Positions 35,703 to 49,105 of a stretch of DNA of 64,000 nt are shown in pieces. The stretch's first letter is position 1. Every line of letters starts with the position of its first letter. Where the stretch lies: positions 5,697,806 through 5,761,805 of the forward strand of contig NW_003526943.1 of the NCBI RefSeq assembly GCF_000181795.1. Direction: 5' to 3'. A model generated the notes under the pieces. That model worked only from the letters and a program-made list of their open reading frames with translations. It made no database searches and had not been told where the DNA came from. The position numbers and the translations under genes were made by a program. The stretch comes from Trichinella spiralis. Its lineage: Eukaryota.

Positions 35703-36505
35703 TTGGAAAATTGGGAATGATATATGAAATGGGTCTGGAACCAATGCGATATTTATTCAATAACTGCCATATGCTCTTTTTTTAAAATAGTTTTTAGTTC
35801 TTTGCCGGAAATCGCTATTGGAAAATATCGAGCGATGCCAGTCTCGATCAAAAAAAGTAGAAGATTTCATTGCGGTGCTTAAATTTTTTATTCTAAAATT
35901 TATTTATTGGTCTTCTGCCGCATTTTTTTTCATCAATACGCCATTTCCACCATGTTATTTTATGTCAATTTTCAATTTTCATTTTTGCTCATTACGATTG
36001 TGTTGTTATGCTCATTTACTACATACGATATTCTATTCTATTCTATTACATATTTATACGTGATGCACACGCATACACACAATTATAATATATGTATTAT
36101 TATTATCATTATTAATTAAAAAAATTGAATGTGAAAAGTGGTTTTGCGTTTTAATGTAAATTTCTGTTTGTAACTATCATCTAATTTGACAAGTTTGAAC
36201 GGATACTGGAACAGAAATATGCATTTGTTTGTTTGTTTATTTAATTAGTAGTTTTAATGAACATTTTCAGAATAAACTGTATGTATAATTTTTTTGTGCC
36301 TGTTTTTGAAAAGAATTTCAAGAAAATTGCTTAAACGTTCGTTCATTTGGCATCTGTTAATTTTCCTTGTGACACGTTGCCGTCCTTGAAGAATATAGCG
36401 TGTCAGATGTTCAGATTTCTGAGAGAAACCGATCTCCTTCCGCACTTTGCATATTTGTTCCAAACTGCCATAATCGCAGCGTACATACATTGATGTCATA
36501 GCAAT

Positions 36506-36540
36506 TTATCTATTTATCTATCTATCTATTTGTCTATTTT
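36506..36540. repeat. Degenerate (TATC)n tetranucleotide repeat
   Basis: ttatctatttatctatctatctatttgtctatttt. Confidence 0.55.
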
Positions 36541-39500
36541 ACCGCACGTCACTTTGACATGCATGACTGTCGGCTAAAACGAATGAGCAAGTGAATTCGT
36601 CATCAATGCTAAACAATACTAGCATCCACCAACCTCTCTCTAGCTGGCCTTTGTTGTTTGTTGTCTGTTTGCAAGCTGCCTGCCATCTGCCGTTTAAAAT
36701 CTGACGAATAATTGTTTTAATTTCACATAAAACTGGTCATTTTTCCACTAAAGCAGCAACGATGACGGAAAGCGTTCTTTGCAAAGCTTTTTAAATCCAC
36801 ATTTGAAATAATATTCTATTTAACAAGTAAGAATTACATTATTGCTTTCAGCACATTGCCATTTTGATTGTATTTTGAAACTGTCAAATTGAATCCAACA
36901 CAATACTGTTATTATTATTCATTTTATTAATCCCAGTTTATATTTTCATTCATTAGCCGAACTGTGTATCTTTTTTATAAATCCAAAGCAAAAGCACAAA
37001 TTTAGTTGTTTCATTTGAAACATTTTTAATCTATTCTAAATATTGCATTCATTTTATGATTTTATCTATTTAAGAACGAAATTGCAGAAATTTTTTCCAT
37101 TTAAAAACTATCGTAGAATTTGAAAAATTTGTCGATACTGATTTTCAGTTTTATGATTCATTGAACAAATCTGCTTCAAAAAACACAGCATCACAGTATT
37201 CAAACAGCTTATTTCTACATTAGCATGAGTTGGTAGTTTTTCCAATAATTTTTGATGCTAAACTGTTCACTAATTTTAGCAGTTGTATTTTCAAATTCCT
37301 ATGATTCATTTATATCAGCAGATCAGTTTACTGAACAATATAAATAGTTGGGCACTTTTAGCAGTTTAATCATTACCGATGAATTCTTTTTCTGACCATG
37401 TTCAACGCTGAAAAGCATGTTGAACAGTTTTTGCATTTTTGAAAATTTATTGTAGCTGCAAAGATTTTATATAATGATACTTCTGTGTAATAACAATACA
37501 TACAATGGAATCACTTTGTAAGTTTATAGTTGTGTTCATTTGTCTGTAGTTTGTAGTTGATTAAAAAAGTCATTAAAACGTGTATAGTATTTAAAATTTA
37601 ATAAATATTTTATATACTTAACACATAAAAATTCAATATCCTGTTCATTGCACTAATAATTGAAATATAAATTGTACTGAAAATTCAAAGCATTATTTAA
37701 AAAAATTTAAATGCACATTTAAATCCTTTGTTTTTATGGACGGCAAGTTTTTTATGGCTAAAGTTAAATAAAAATTCAATGCTTATTAATGTAGGATTGG
37801 TTAAATTTACCAGTTTTCTAAACATATAATATTAAATGTAAAATTCGAATAATAAATAAGCAAATAAATAAATAAATATATGTGCATACATATTTGGGTT
37901 ACATAATTTTTGATGGTAATTATAAGTTTATGCGCATGGCGTGAATTCAATCAAATTTAATTGATTAGTAGCCGACAAAACTCATCACGTTCGAGATTTA
38001 AGAGCTTTGTTGATTAGCTGAACGCGTATTTCCAACTGCAACTTTGTAATTAAATTTCTGAACTTGTACAATAAGAAGCGAACGGCTTTCGTTGATTCTG
38101 CCCAGCTAGCTAACTGCAAGTGATGGCATGATTCTGCCGTTGACATCACTGAACTGGTCGATCGTGCTTGTAACTAGTTTCCATGCAAAAATTAAACAAT
38201 TGCTAGTGTTATTGTGACATTTAGCTTGATTATTAGAAAATGTGAAATGCTAATGTAAAAATAAATCAAACCCGTGCTATAAGCTTCAATTTCAACTTTA
38301 TTTGCCACGCTTATCAAATATGACCCAAATTTTTCACTTGCCACATTATTCTTAATATGCATTTTCAGTATGATTAGTATGGTTTTGCTTTTTTTTCTAG
38401 CTAGCGTTTTATAAATTCATCAAAATAATGTTTGATTTGCTTGTCAAGCTATTATTAATCAAAGAACGCCCTTAGCCAGCATTCTTGCTTGATATTAATT
38501 AATTTTTCTATTTCAGCTTTGCATTCAGTCTGTCAAAGAGTTCCAATTTTAATCGAAGCAAATCTACTACAAACGACGCCCATTTTATTTGATTCATATT
38601 CAAGCTAGCTAACAAACAGCAGCAACAATCACACATTTGGCAAGTTTCCATATTTACATATATTTCTATTGTGCATTTCATACATTTATATAAACACGTC
38701 TCCTTATTTATTAGTTGATAAACGGGCAAATTTTCAAACTTAATTCTATTTACTTCAAATGTTAAAAAATAATCAAGGTGTATTTTGAAGATTAGATTTT
38801 ATAGAATTTTAATATTATTTATTGCACAAACAAGCTGAACATTTCAATTTGAAAGGGTGAATTTCAATAATTTGTTCTTATGGTTTTTTTGATGAAAATT
38901 ATTAATTTCTTTATTAAGGAGAGAATTTGTGACGCCTAGCATTAGTAATGAAATTTAGGCATTCATTGATTTCTTATTAAAACGAATTTGTGGAATTAAC
39001 ACTTTTACATGATCATGTTAAATTTTCCATAATCACAGTTCCAATCTTGATGCTGCTACATCACTCTTAATAGTAAAATAAATTTAGTTCAACTATATCG
39101 ATCATTTAATCATGTATTTCTATTAGCAGGAAGTTGTATAATTTTTAAAATTTACATTTTTTAATGTGATGAAATTCAGTAGAAATTGTAGAAAACATTT
39201 CAACCAATATTGTTGTTCGTTATGCTGTTTAATGTTTGTAATAGGATTAGTGCAGTTCTGTTCAAGAATTTTGTTCATAAGCTGATTTAATCAATCATTA
39301 AAAATTTAAAGTTCTTCTCAGTTCCGTTTACTTGGATTTAGAATTTTTTATCATATGATTTAATTGAATTTTCAGTAGAATTCAATGATTTTGGTGATAA
39401 CTGTCTTAAATTATTTACAATTTGTTTTGCATGTTTTTTGATTACTTTCGCTTCAGAAATTTCATTATACCTTTGTAAATTTTTCCTAACTAAAACTGTC

Positions 39501-42500
39501 CTGAATTCTCAGTGAAATTGATTTTATAGAAAATAATTATTTATGTCTTTTTTTCACTTGCTATTAAATTTGATGCTTCAGCTGTTTTTTAAAAGAAATT
39601 TAGTTTGCTTTACCAATATATTTGTACAGTCACATTGTTGTCTTTCTTCCTTGTGGTGAAGGAAAGAATTTCACTACACACTTTATGTGGTTTTCTTTTC
39701 TGATAATTTAATTCATTACGCTTTTATTTGTGAAGTGCACCTTTACTTAGTTAGCAATAATAATCTTTTGTAATTCGCACATGTGCATCCTACAACTTTG
39801 GGACGTTTGTCGAACAGCATCTCTCTTTGCAATAATTTCAAAGTATGCCTTTAGAAATATAATCTTTATAACATTGCTAATGGAAATAAATTTCCAAATG
39901 TAAAGAAAGATTTCCATTCTGAAATTTCAAGAGCATCCTTGTCACACATTTAAAGTACTTTACAATTTTCTATTTTGTTAAACTGTAATCGACAAATTTC
40001 TTCGACATTTTTCTCTTAATGAACACTGTGCGGGCTTGCTTGCTGATCACTACCGTAACTGTCAAAGTAATGCAGGTTGATTGAGTAAGATGGGCATTTT
40101 GGAATGGAACAGTTTTGGCCAGTTTTAAATTGTCCACGTTGAAGAAACACTCCCGCGACCTGCTGTCCAAAATAGCTGCCCGTTATATAGACAGATAACA
40201 CAGAACTGTCAACAGCGGACGTTTTCAAACAAGTCTTTTGCAATGCTTGACCGGTCATTTGTTGGTGGACAATGCTTGTCTGCATGGACGTATTCTATTC
40301 TGCTACCAACAATAATTTGCTTTTGATTCGCTTGTTCTCGGCTTGGAGTGTAGTTTGTTCTACTGCAAATAGTCCACATAGCGAAAGGATGCCAATCAGA
40401 GGCAGATAATGAGCTCTAGTGTCGAACTGTAGTTGTGTCAATAGCATTGTTGAAGCCAAAATCAGTCGATGGCAGTCGACGCCTTTGTTTGCACAGTGAG
40501 CCCTCCCGCATTCTGGACTGACGTTATTTTTTAGCTAAAAGCTGAGCTAAGCCTCTTGATCAGGCTTCCTTTTTCCACTTCAGATTGGATAGATTATCCT
40601 CCACTTGCACATTTTATTCTTTTGTGAAAGCCGCTAATGCACGTGCGGTATTGCCATTCTAACTACATATATTATTCATAACAGCTGCTCACTGCAACTG
40701 TATGTCTCAGAAGTGCAGGCGTTTATTTTTCGTTTCTGGTAAGCAATGTTTGGCATTTCACTTCAGAAAGAAGTTTACCTAGAATATAAAACCTTTAAAA
40801 CGTTTAAAAAATACATCATTTATGAGAAATATTAAAGTAGATTATTGTTATTTTCAAAAGATAAGTGTTGATTTAATGATGAAAAAACATGTCATTACGT
40901 ATATGTAATTAAGTGACTGATGTCAAAAGAATTTATTGTATATATTGTTGCTGTGATATTCAGAAGTCAATGCTTTGTAGATGCGAATATAATTTTCCAT
41001 CTAATGACAGTACAATGAAGTGACGTAAATTTAAGTATTAGTGTGAATTATACATTTTGGATGAGATATACTTTTTACCAGAAAAATGAAAATAAAAGTA
41101 AATTCATGATTTCGAAATGAACAGCATTGTTAGAGTTCATGATGCAGAATTTTGTTTACGTCCACTGAAATGTGCAATAATATTTCAGTAAGAGGTAAAA
41201 TCTTAAGTGACCAACAGAGGAACCTTGACATGGTAATTTTAACAAAGTCAGAGGCCAACTATTCTGACTTAGCCAAAGGTCAATATCGAATGCTACCATC
41301 AAATATTACATGTATACAGTTTTGCAAAGAGTAGTTTTGTTTTCTGTACTTGCCATTTTTAAACTGCGTGCTAGGCGGAGGGGGGAGCCAAGTGGTTTGT
41401 GAAAGGTGATGACAACAAAGAACAGGATATATTTGATGTACATTTATTACTCTCTTTTTCTAGAAACATGGAAAACATGTAAAATATTATTCATACAGTC
41501 AACACTCAAACGTGGAATATAAGATAAAATAAATTTTATCTAAAAATTAATGCCTGTTTGAAAGGAAATTTTCTCATCAGTATTGTATTTTGCAAAATTC
41601 ATGACCACAATTCATATCAAAAGATCATCATTTTCTCCATTACGAATAATAAATAATTCAATTCTCAATTTATTAAGAAATACTTTAGCTTTTTCATTTA
41701 TTTTAATCAATTATTTTTTTTGTTAATTCAGAATAAGTTTGAAAATAAGAAAAGATGGAAAAGAAAAATCTACTGAACGCAAAGAAATGTGAATAGGAGA
41801 AAATTTATGATAACAATTTTAGTCAGCACAGCTGAAACTTTGAATTGTGTAATTTTCCAGATCGTTCAGCTCTGCAGGTGTGACAATTGCTTTATCAGTG
41901 TTCAGATCAAGGTCAGCGACTGCCATAAGCTAGGTGCTAAATCTGAAAACTCGTGCAATAATTCGATCGTGAAAAATTTGTGCTTATTCATATAATGAAT
42001 AGTGATGAAATATATTTTTAATTAAAACAACATTGCAACAATAATAACAGCTTAAATTTTTAATGCAGTTTGATGTTGTATTGCTTTTTAAGGTTTTCAT
42101 TTTTGTACTGAAGGTAAATTTCAACGATAGCATCTACTCAGCTTATCAAAAGTGGCTTTATGTGAATTGCAATTAACGTTGTATTTGTTTGAATGCTCAT
42201 TTATTAGCTTGTATTTGAATGTTGAAATTTACCCAAAGTTGCTTGCCTGAGTTGTTTTGTACAGAAATAAAATCAATACGATGAACATCAAGTATCCCTT
42301 GCTGAGTTTGTCTGGTTCGAAGAATCTATTTCTTATTTTAATCTCTTGGTAATTAGCATCTGCAGCATGTGTGGTGCTTGTCAAGCAGTTGGAGATTTGA
42401 AGATCAGTTTGAGGTGTGAATAAAATGAATTTAACGCAACTTAATCTAATTTATATAAACATGCTCGTTTTTGTCAGAAGTGGATCAATTGCTTCGATGC

Positions 42501-45500
42501 AGAACGCATTAATTTCCTCTGTGAGGGGTAAGAAACGACCAAAACAGACGAAACTCTTCACAATTTTTACATTTGAGCTTTAAAAAGTTGAATGAATATG
42601 TTTAAAGTGTCAGTTGTTAATTTTTTTTTGATAATTTAAATGGAAATTTGCAATTCAACTTTTCTATTAGAAATGTTTAATAAGAAGGAAGGAAATATTC
42701 ATTTTTGCTGGTTCAGATGCTGATAACAGGTTGATGCTGTCAACGCATGGTTCATGGGGGGGGGCGAACTGTCGTTGATCAAATTGTAATTGTACTGGTG
42801 TTGTTGTTAAGCGAAAAATTTGCCAATTGTCTGTGAGAGAAAAATGGTGCCCAGCGGAAATTTTAACATCCCAAACTAGACCGATTACATTTCTTCTTTG
42901 AGTGACGAACTATTGCATGTCTTCATCTCAACGGTGGGCTGCGTCAATTTCGACCTTCACCGCTATTTTCCATTACTGATCTGATTCGCACGGTTAAAGA
43001 TTATACTCTACCATTCAACCGGTATCAAATTAGCTTGGCTTGAAATCGCTTTTCCGGCTTGATCAACGACGTTTCATTACAATTTCCACCAAACCGGATG
43101 TGTCGTGTGAACAGCGACAACGTTGTTTTCACGTTGGCAAGTCGATCAAAATCTCAACACTTTTTAAATTATTGTAAGTTTGCTTATATCATCATACACG
43201 TACTTTGTTGATTATACATATTGGGATCCTATACATATGCATGTATTTATATAGTCGATTGTTCATTTGCTGCTTTGTCTAAATTTAAAAATTATTCATT
43301 TTTTTATTGCTAAATTATATTATGTTAAAATATATGAAGCAAGCATGTTATATTCTTTAATTTGCCTCAAATTGAAATCTACACAAATTGATTTTTTAAT
43401 AAATGATAATAATAATGAATAATTAGTATGAATGATGAATAATGAGTAATATTTAGCATAAACAAACATATGAATATTGTCATCGCTTTCTCATGTTGTA
43501 TACTTTCTACATTTGCTACTTTTAACCAACTATGATAATATTAATAATAGAATAAATAAAATGACATAAATAGATATTTATTCATAATTATTCTATGAAT
43601 TGTAAATGCCATTTTCTGCTACAGTTGAATGTGTGAGTTATGGTTAAAAAAATTAGCAGCGTCAGACGGATAACTATAAAAGAAATAATGATTAGTAATT
43701 GTACATATGTTAAATTTAAGCATGCTTAAAATTAAAAAAAGAAATACAAGGTGACATGTCTGGTTAGTGAATCTTAAATTCAAAATAAGTAATTGTCGAA
43801 GGTTTTACATGACTGGAAACTTTTATTTGTTCACGGTTACAGTAATTCAGACTTTTATTTCAGATTGATGCGTTTCTTGTCTAACTGGTACTTCAAGTGG
43901 GAGCCTTTTCAAAAGAGACTCCATTTATAGTATTTTTTTTCTTTACTACTTTTCGGTGCACAAAAGCACATTGTATCTAGCAGAACAGAGGTTAAACTCA
44001 GACCTCTTTTAATAAAATGATTATTTATCAATTTTGAAACACAATGAATAATAATTCTCTGGGCAGATAAATAAATTTGTGATAGTTTTATTTTGGAATT
44101 AACTTCTATTAAATAATTATTTTTGACATTTTTAACGACAATTTATAATACTGTTGTTATAATTCGTTCATATTATAGAAAATATTTTGCACGAGTTTTG
44201 TATGATGATATATTATTTAATTAATGACGCATTTCAGTTAAATATGTTTTGATGTGGAATTAAAACTGATGCTCAAATTTGAAGTTATTTCAGTTATAAA
44301 TATACACAATATTGAATAATGTGAATTATAGTATCTTTTTGTAGTAATTGTTGAAGAAGAAATAAATAAAATCTATAATGTTGATTTGTAAAGTTTCTCT
44401 ATTTAAACAGGTGTTTTAAGATTGTGATCACTTCATAAAAGGATATTATTCTTTTGCCTCACACTACTGTGTATTATTATCTCCTGCATGTATGTAACAT
44501 GGCTTCAGTGGTTTATCTGCCGAATTATTTGCATAATGCAGCTCTGTTCGATAATAAGAGACTGATATCTTTTAGTCAATAATCTGTCAATGCATGATTA
44601 TTTAAAACGTTCAAGAAATTAAAACTAAAACCATATTTGTGTCATCAATATGTTTGTTGAATAATGTTAGTAACAAAAATTTCTTTTATTTTTTTGAAAA
44701 GGCAAAATAAAAATGTAATTAATTAATAGTTATTGATTAAAAAGTAATAGCATTCAAGTCGATTCTAATTACGTTAAATGGGCATACGTCAAAGTACAGA
44801 AAGTTGTATCTCCGTGATCGAAGATTAGAATTTTGTTAAACAATCATAGTATTGCGGCTGCACTTTTCAGCACATCTGTCAGCTTTAAGTCTGGCATATT
44901 CTGTGAATGAAACTTTTTTTAATTTAAATGTGCATAAAAAATACATTTAAGATTACTTTGTCGCGTGGAAAATTATTTTGGATGAAAGTGAAATTAGTCG
45001 ATCATCTTGACATAATAATCTAAGAGCGTATTGATTGATTCGAAAGATTTTTTAAACTTTATAATAAAACTGTTTTCAAAATTATTCATAAAGCCAAATT
45101 AGTAAATACTGTACTGTTTCACTAGTTTTTGCAACGATATTCATACTTAATAAGAAAATATTTAAGAAATGATTTGCAAAATTTATGCAATTGTGTTAAT
45201 CAGAATGAAGCATTGTGAAATAGCAATTGCAAACAAAAGCTTTTCATATAAAAGTATTCCTTCACACGTGGAATATGACAACAGCAATGTAAGCTGAAGA
45301 TAAATTTGATTAAAAAAAGATTTGTTACAAATTGGCGTTGATTGATTTCCAAAATGAATTATCAACGTCGAAAAAGTAATATATATACATTTCTGAACAA
45401 GCTCATTAATACATGTCTGTTTCTGGTGTCACGCACAAGGCAGTTTTTGAAAATTGAGCATTGCCAAATTGAACACAGGTTTATCATTCATCAGAAAATG

Positions 45501-45687
45501 TTGTGTACTCGAAATGCACTGGGCAGACACTTTTCACCAGGGAGCACCTCTAATTTTCCACTTTACATTTTATTTTTTCCTGAATACTTTGTCTTTCTAT
45601 TACATATTTATTTATTTATTTATTTATTTAAATACAGCTTGTATTCTGTGTTTATTCTATTTTTTGAACATGAAACTTTTTTTTCAG

Positions 45688-45753
45688 ATTATTCGCTGCA
45701 GTGCAAATTGGAAAGCATAAACAGCTGCTAAATATATACAGCTTCGAATAAAA
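45688..45753 (+). other. Probable non-coding (5' UTR) exon
   Basis: Ideal nematode acceptor TTTTTTTTCAG (ending 45687) and GTAAGA donor (45754). The 66-nt segment has stops in all three frames. Confidence 0.45.
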
Positions 45754-48700
45754 GTAAGAATTTTTGGCTTTTTCCTTTTTGTCATATTTCAGTTTTGAAA
45801 CTTTTTATTCATTTTTATTTGTTAATGAAATCAGAAAAATAAAATATTTTATTTACTGAATTATGTTCAGTTAAGGTAGAAAGCTTTATACTTTTCAGCT
45901 CAGCTTCTTTCCTCAGTGGCTTTTCTTTTTCATTTTGATATAATAAATTATTCTGCTTGGCAGCTTTTCTCAATAGCGCATGTAAACATTTCTGTGTCGC
46001 TTGAAAATATTAATGTCTATATTTTCCAATGAGCACAATCGATGATTTATAAATCATGAGCGGCAGTTACTTGTTAATGAATATGCTTTCAATTAATATT
46101 AAATAGAAAATTATTTAATGACATAAAAATTGTTCTACAAGATAAGCATTAAAAATGAATTATTAAAAGTTTTCTTTTCTATTTTCCTACGGAATCTGTT
46201 TTATTATTTGCAAAATAGCTACTGTAGCTGTAGTTACAATAATGCTTTTATAACATTTAACTAAATATGAAAGTTGCCATAAACAATTTTTTAATATTTA
46301 TTTTCATGTTAATAGTCTTTATTAAATGATAGTCAATTTGGCAGTATACATTGGTGTTATAAAAATATGCACGCATATTTACTTGTTAAAAATAAAAATG
46401 CACTTTTTGAATTTCAAAGTTGAACAGTGGACTTTATTATGGCAAAAATTATTCCAAAAAATTCAGCTGGAAAGCGCTTATTATACTTTAAAAGATAGTA
46501 TGAAATTTTATTCCATCAAATGTACATAAATGATGAATACATTTGCATGCATTAAAGATGAACGGTTTATACACAAAATGTTGAATAAATGGCAGATTTG
46601 TTTATGCTTAATGTTTTCATGGGGACATATATAATAAAAAATAAATGAATATTCATTTAAATTTAAATTTAAATTCAGACCATTTGCTTCGAAGACTTGA
46701 TCTTAGTTGTAATTTCCAATTTGCATCACCTGCCTCACCTCAGCGGGTTGTTTCATCTGTTTCTTTACAACACTGCTAAACAATTGCAAATATATTTTCA
46801 GTATACTTTTAGTTGGAGTTCTTTTTTTTCTTGCATTTTATCGTGAAAAAGTTTTAATTATATATTTTTTTATTAAACTGTACAAAATTGATCAAGAATA
46901 AGCTGCTGTTTAGTTTAAATTTCAAACAAGCCACAGAAATGATAAGTTTCAAAATCATTGTTTATGAAGAGACACTGTCACTGATTGTTTTTTTGCTATT
47001 CAGTTTTTTAAGACTTTTCTGTTTCACTTTCAATTTTCAGACTGTGCAATTTTAATTTGGCTAATTCCTTTTTTTGGCAGTTGCATTGAAATTGAAAATT
47101 TTTCAACCAAGACAACAAATTCAAGGCGAATTGCTTGTCTAGTTTCAAATGAAAAAAAAAATTTTTTTTTCCATTTTCAAATTTTTATTTCACTTCATGA
47201 TTACAATTCATGAAAAGTGCCAAGTTCAGAGCAGTAATTGTTCTGCTGGGAAAATTTTTTTGAGACAAACAATTTGCGAAATCGTCGTCCGTTTGAAGTT
47301 TAATTTGATTAATCGAAAATGGCAAAATTTATATCCGTCCTTTGCCTGATGAAAATCATGTCCAGAGAAAGGCACGTCTTGTGGTATTATATTATTCATC
47401 CTCTATTCCAGCACCATGCAGGCAAAGTAAAAGCATTACGAAAATGCTGTGTAATAATCGGTGTGGTTCCCAATCGATAATAAGCTGAGCATGAAGCAGC
47501 GAACTTAGTAAGTTGATTATACCTGACCTTCGGGCAGTGGGCAAAAGAAGAGCCGGACGCTCAGTTTGCAGCTGTATCTGATCGATTCACTGCTATATTC
47601 ATATACTGCTGCTGCTGCGTCCGGTAAGTACAAATTGGAGAGAGTATATTTGCGCTTGTGGCATTAATAAAGAGATTTGCAATACAATTGTCAACAGCCG
47701 GTCTTTTTCTCAGCTAGATTCACATTTGGTTGTGTCATATTTGAAAATCAACACCAACTATTCAGAATCTGTGAATTATTTAAATTATGCATTACTTTAT
47801 TCATGATTTTCAACTTTATTCAAACAATATGAAACAGTAAGTCGTTCACTGTTGTTTTGTAAGTTCTTCTGCAAATTTCATTTAAGTAATTTAATTCAAG
47901 GTCTTGCTGGTTGCTAATGAAACAGCATTTAAACAGCAGATTTTTCCATTAATTCACCACAGTACAGTAAATACTACTGTAAGAGTTGATAAAGAATGAA
48001 ATGATGATCTCGTTGATTGGTGAAAAAGAATTAATGATTGATCATTAAAAATATTGCAATTTAAAAATTGCCCATCACAATAGAATTCTTTCTTCATTAA
48101 AGCGTTAAATGAATTTTTTCTCTTCTCTGCTTCTTAGTTATTAATAAAGTATTTTCCCTGAAGAATAAATAAATTGAAATGGGAGAGCATATTTTATTGC
48201 ATGGTGCTTCTTGGTTCTGCTCAACGCTGAAGAACAAGAGCTGAACGTTCGCTTAACGTTTCACTACACTATAAAGAATAATTACTTCCCAATGGTAGTA
48301 GTAGTAGTGCAGTAGTGCATTATTAATTTTCCAAATGAACTAATGAAGAAAAAGAAAATTTGTAGCTTTTGGTTAATTTCATAAAGAAATAAATGAACTG
48401 CTTACTGTTGCTAGATTGAATTTTGCAATTTCTCTCTCAATTTATTAATAAAAGTGATGAATCTATAGTACATCTAGTAGAATAGACATAAGCGCAGACG
48501 GTTTTCCAAAATTTTCATTTGAAAAATTCACAAAAAGGTTGATTAGATTAATAATTTAGAATTGTTCAATTAAAATTTCAAAGTTAACCAATTTTAAAAG
48601 TAACTTAGTTAATTATATACGTAAAAATACGTAAATGAGCACATCTGTCAGTAATTGCTTTACAAGGAATTATTATTATTAAAGTGTAAAATCTTTTTAA

Positions 48701-49080
48701 ATTCACTTTTTATCCACAGATAGCTTTAATTTGCTTTTATTATTCTTATTTAAATTAACTAGATTAATTTTTTGATTTATTTGATGCAATTTTGAATAAA
48801 ATTTGAAAATTGTTCCATGGAAAAGCATTGCAAAATCTGCAAGTGCTAAAGTGAAATAATATTTACTCATCACAACAACCATAACAGTAAACATATGATG
48901 AATAAGCTTTACAACATTAAAAAAAGGGATATAATAAATAAATTACGCTTCTGAATATTTTTTTTTCTTTTTATAAAAAATTATATTGATGTTCAGACGT
49001 CATTGTTTGAAAACTTCATTTTAATAAGTTGATGTCAATAGGAAGTGTTTTTTCTCTTTTCCATGCAAAGCTTTCTTATT

Positions 49081-49105
49081 TGTGTGTGTGTGTGTGTGTG
49101 TGTGT
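49081..49105. repeat. (TG)n microsatellite
   Basis: 12 perfect TG units. Confidence 0.85.

Noticed and set aside
37397..37428. Short inverted repeat TGTTCAAC...GTTGAACA
   Set aside because: Only an 8-bp stem, too short for a miRNA precursor or MITE, and plausible by chance.
39970..40285. Minus-strand 66-89 aa ORFs in a GC-richer island
   Set aside because: No recognisable motif and no supporting splice chain; better explained as promoter or UTR sequence.
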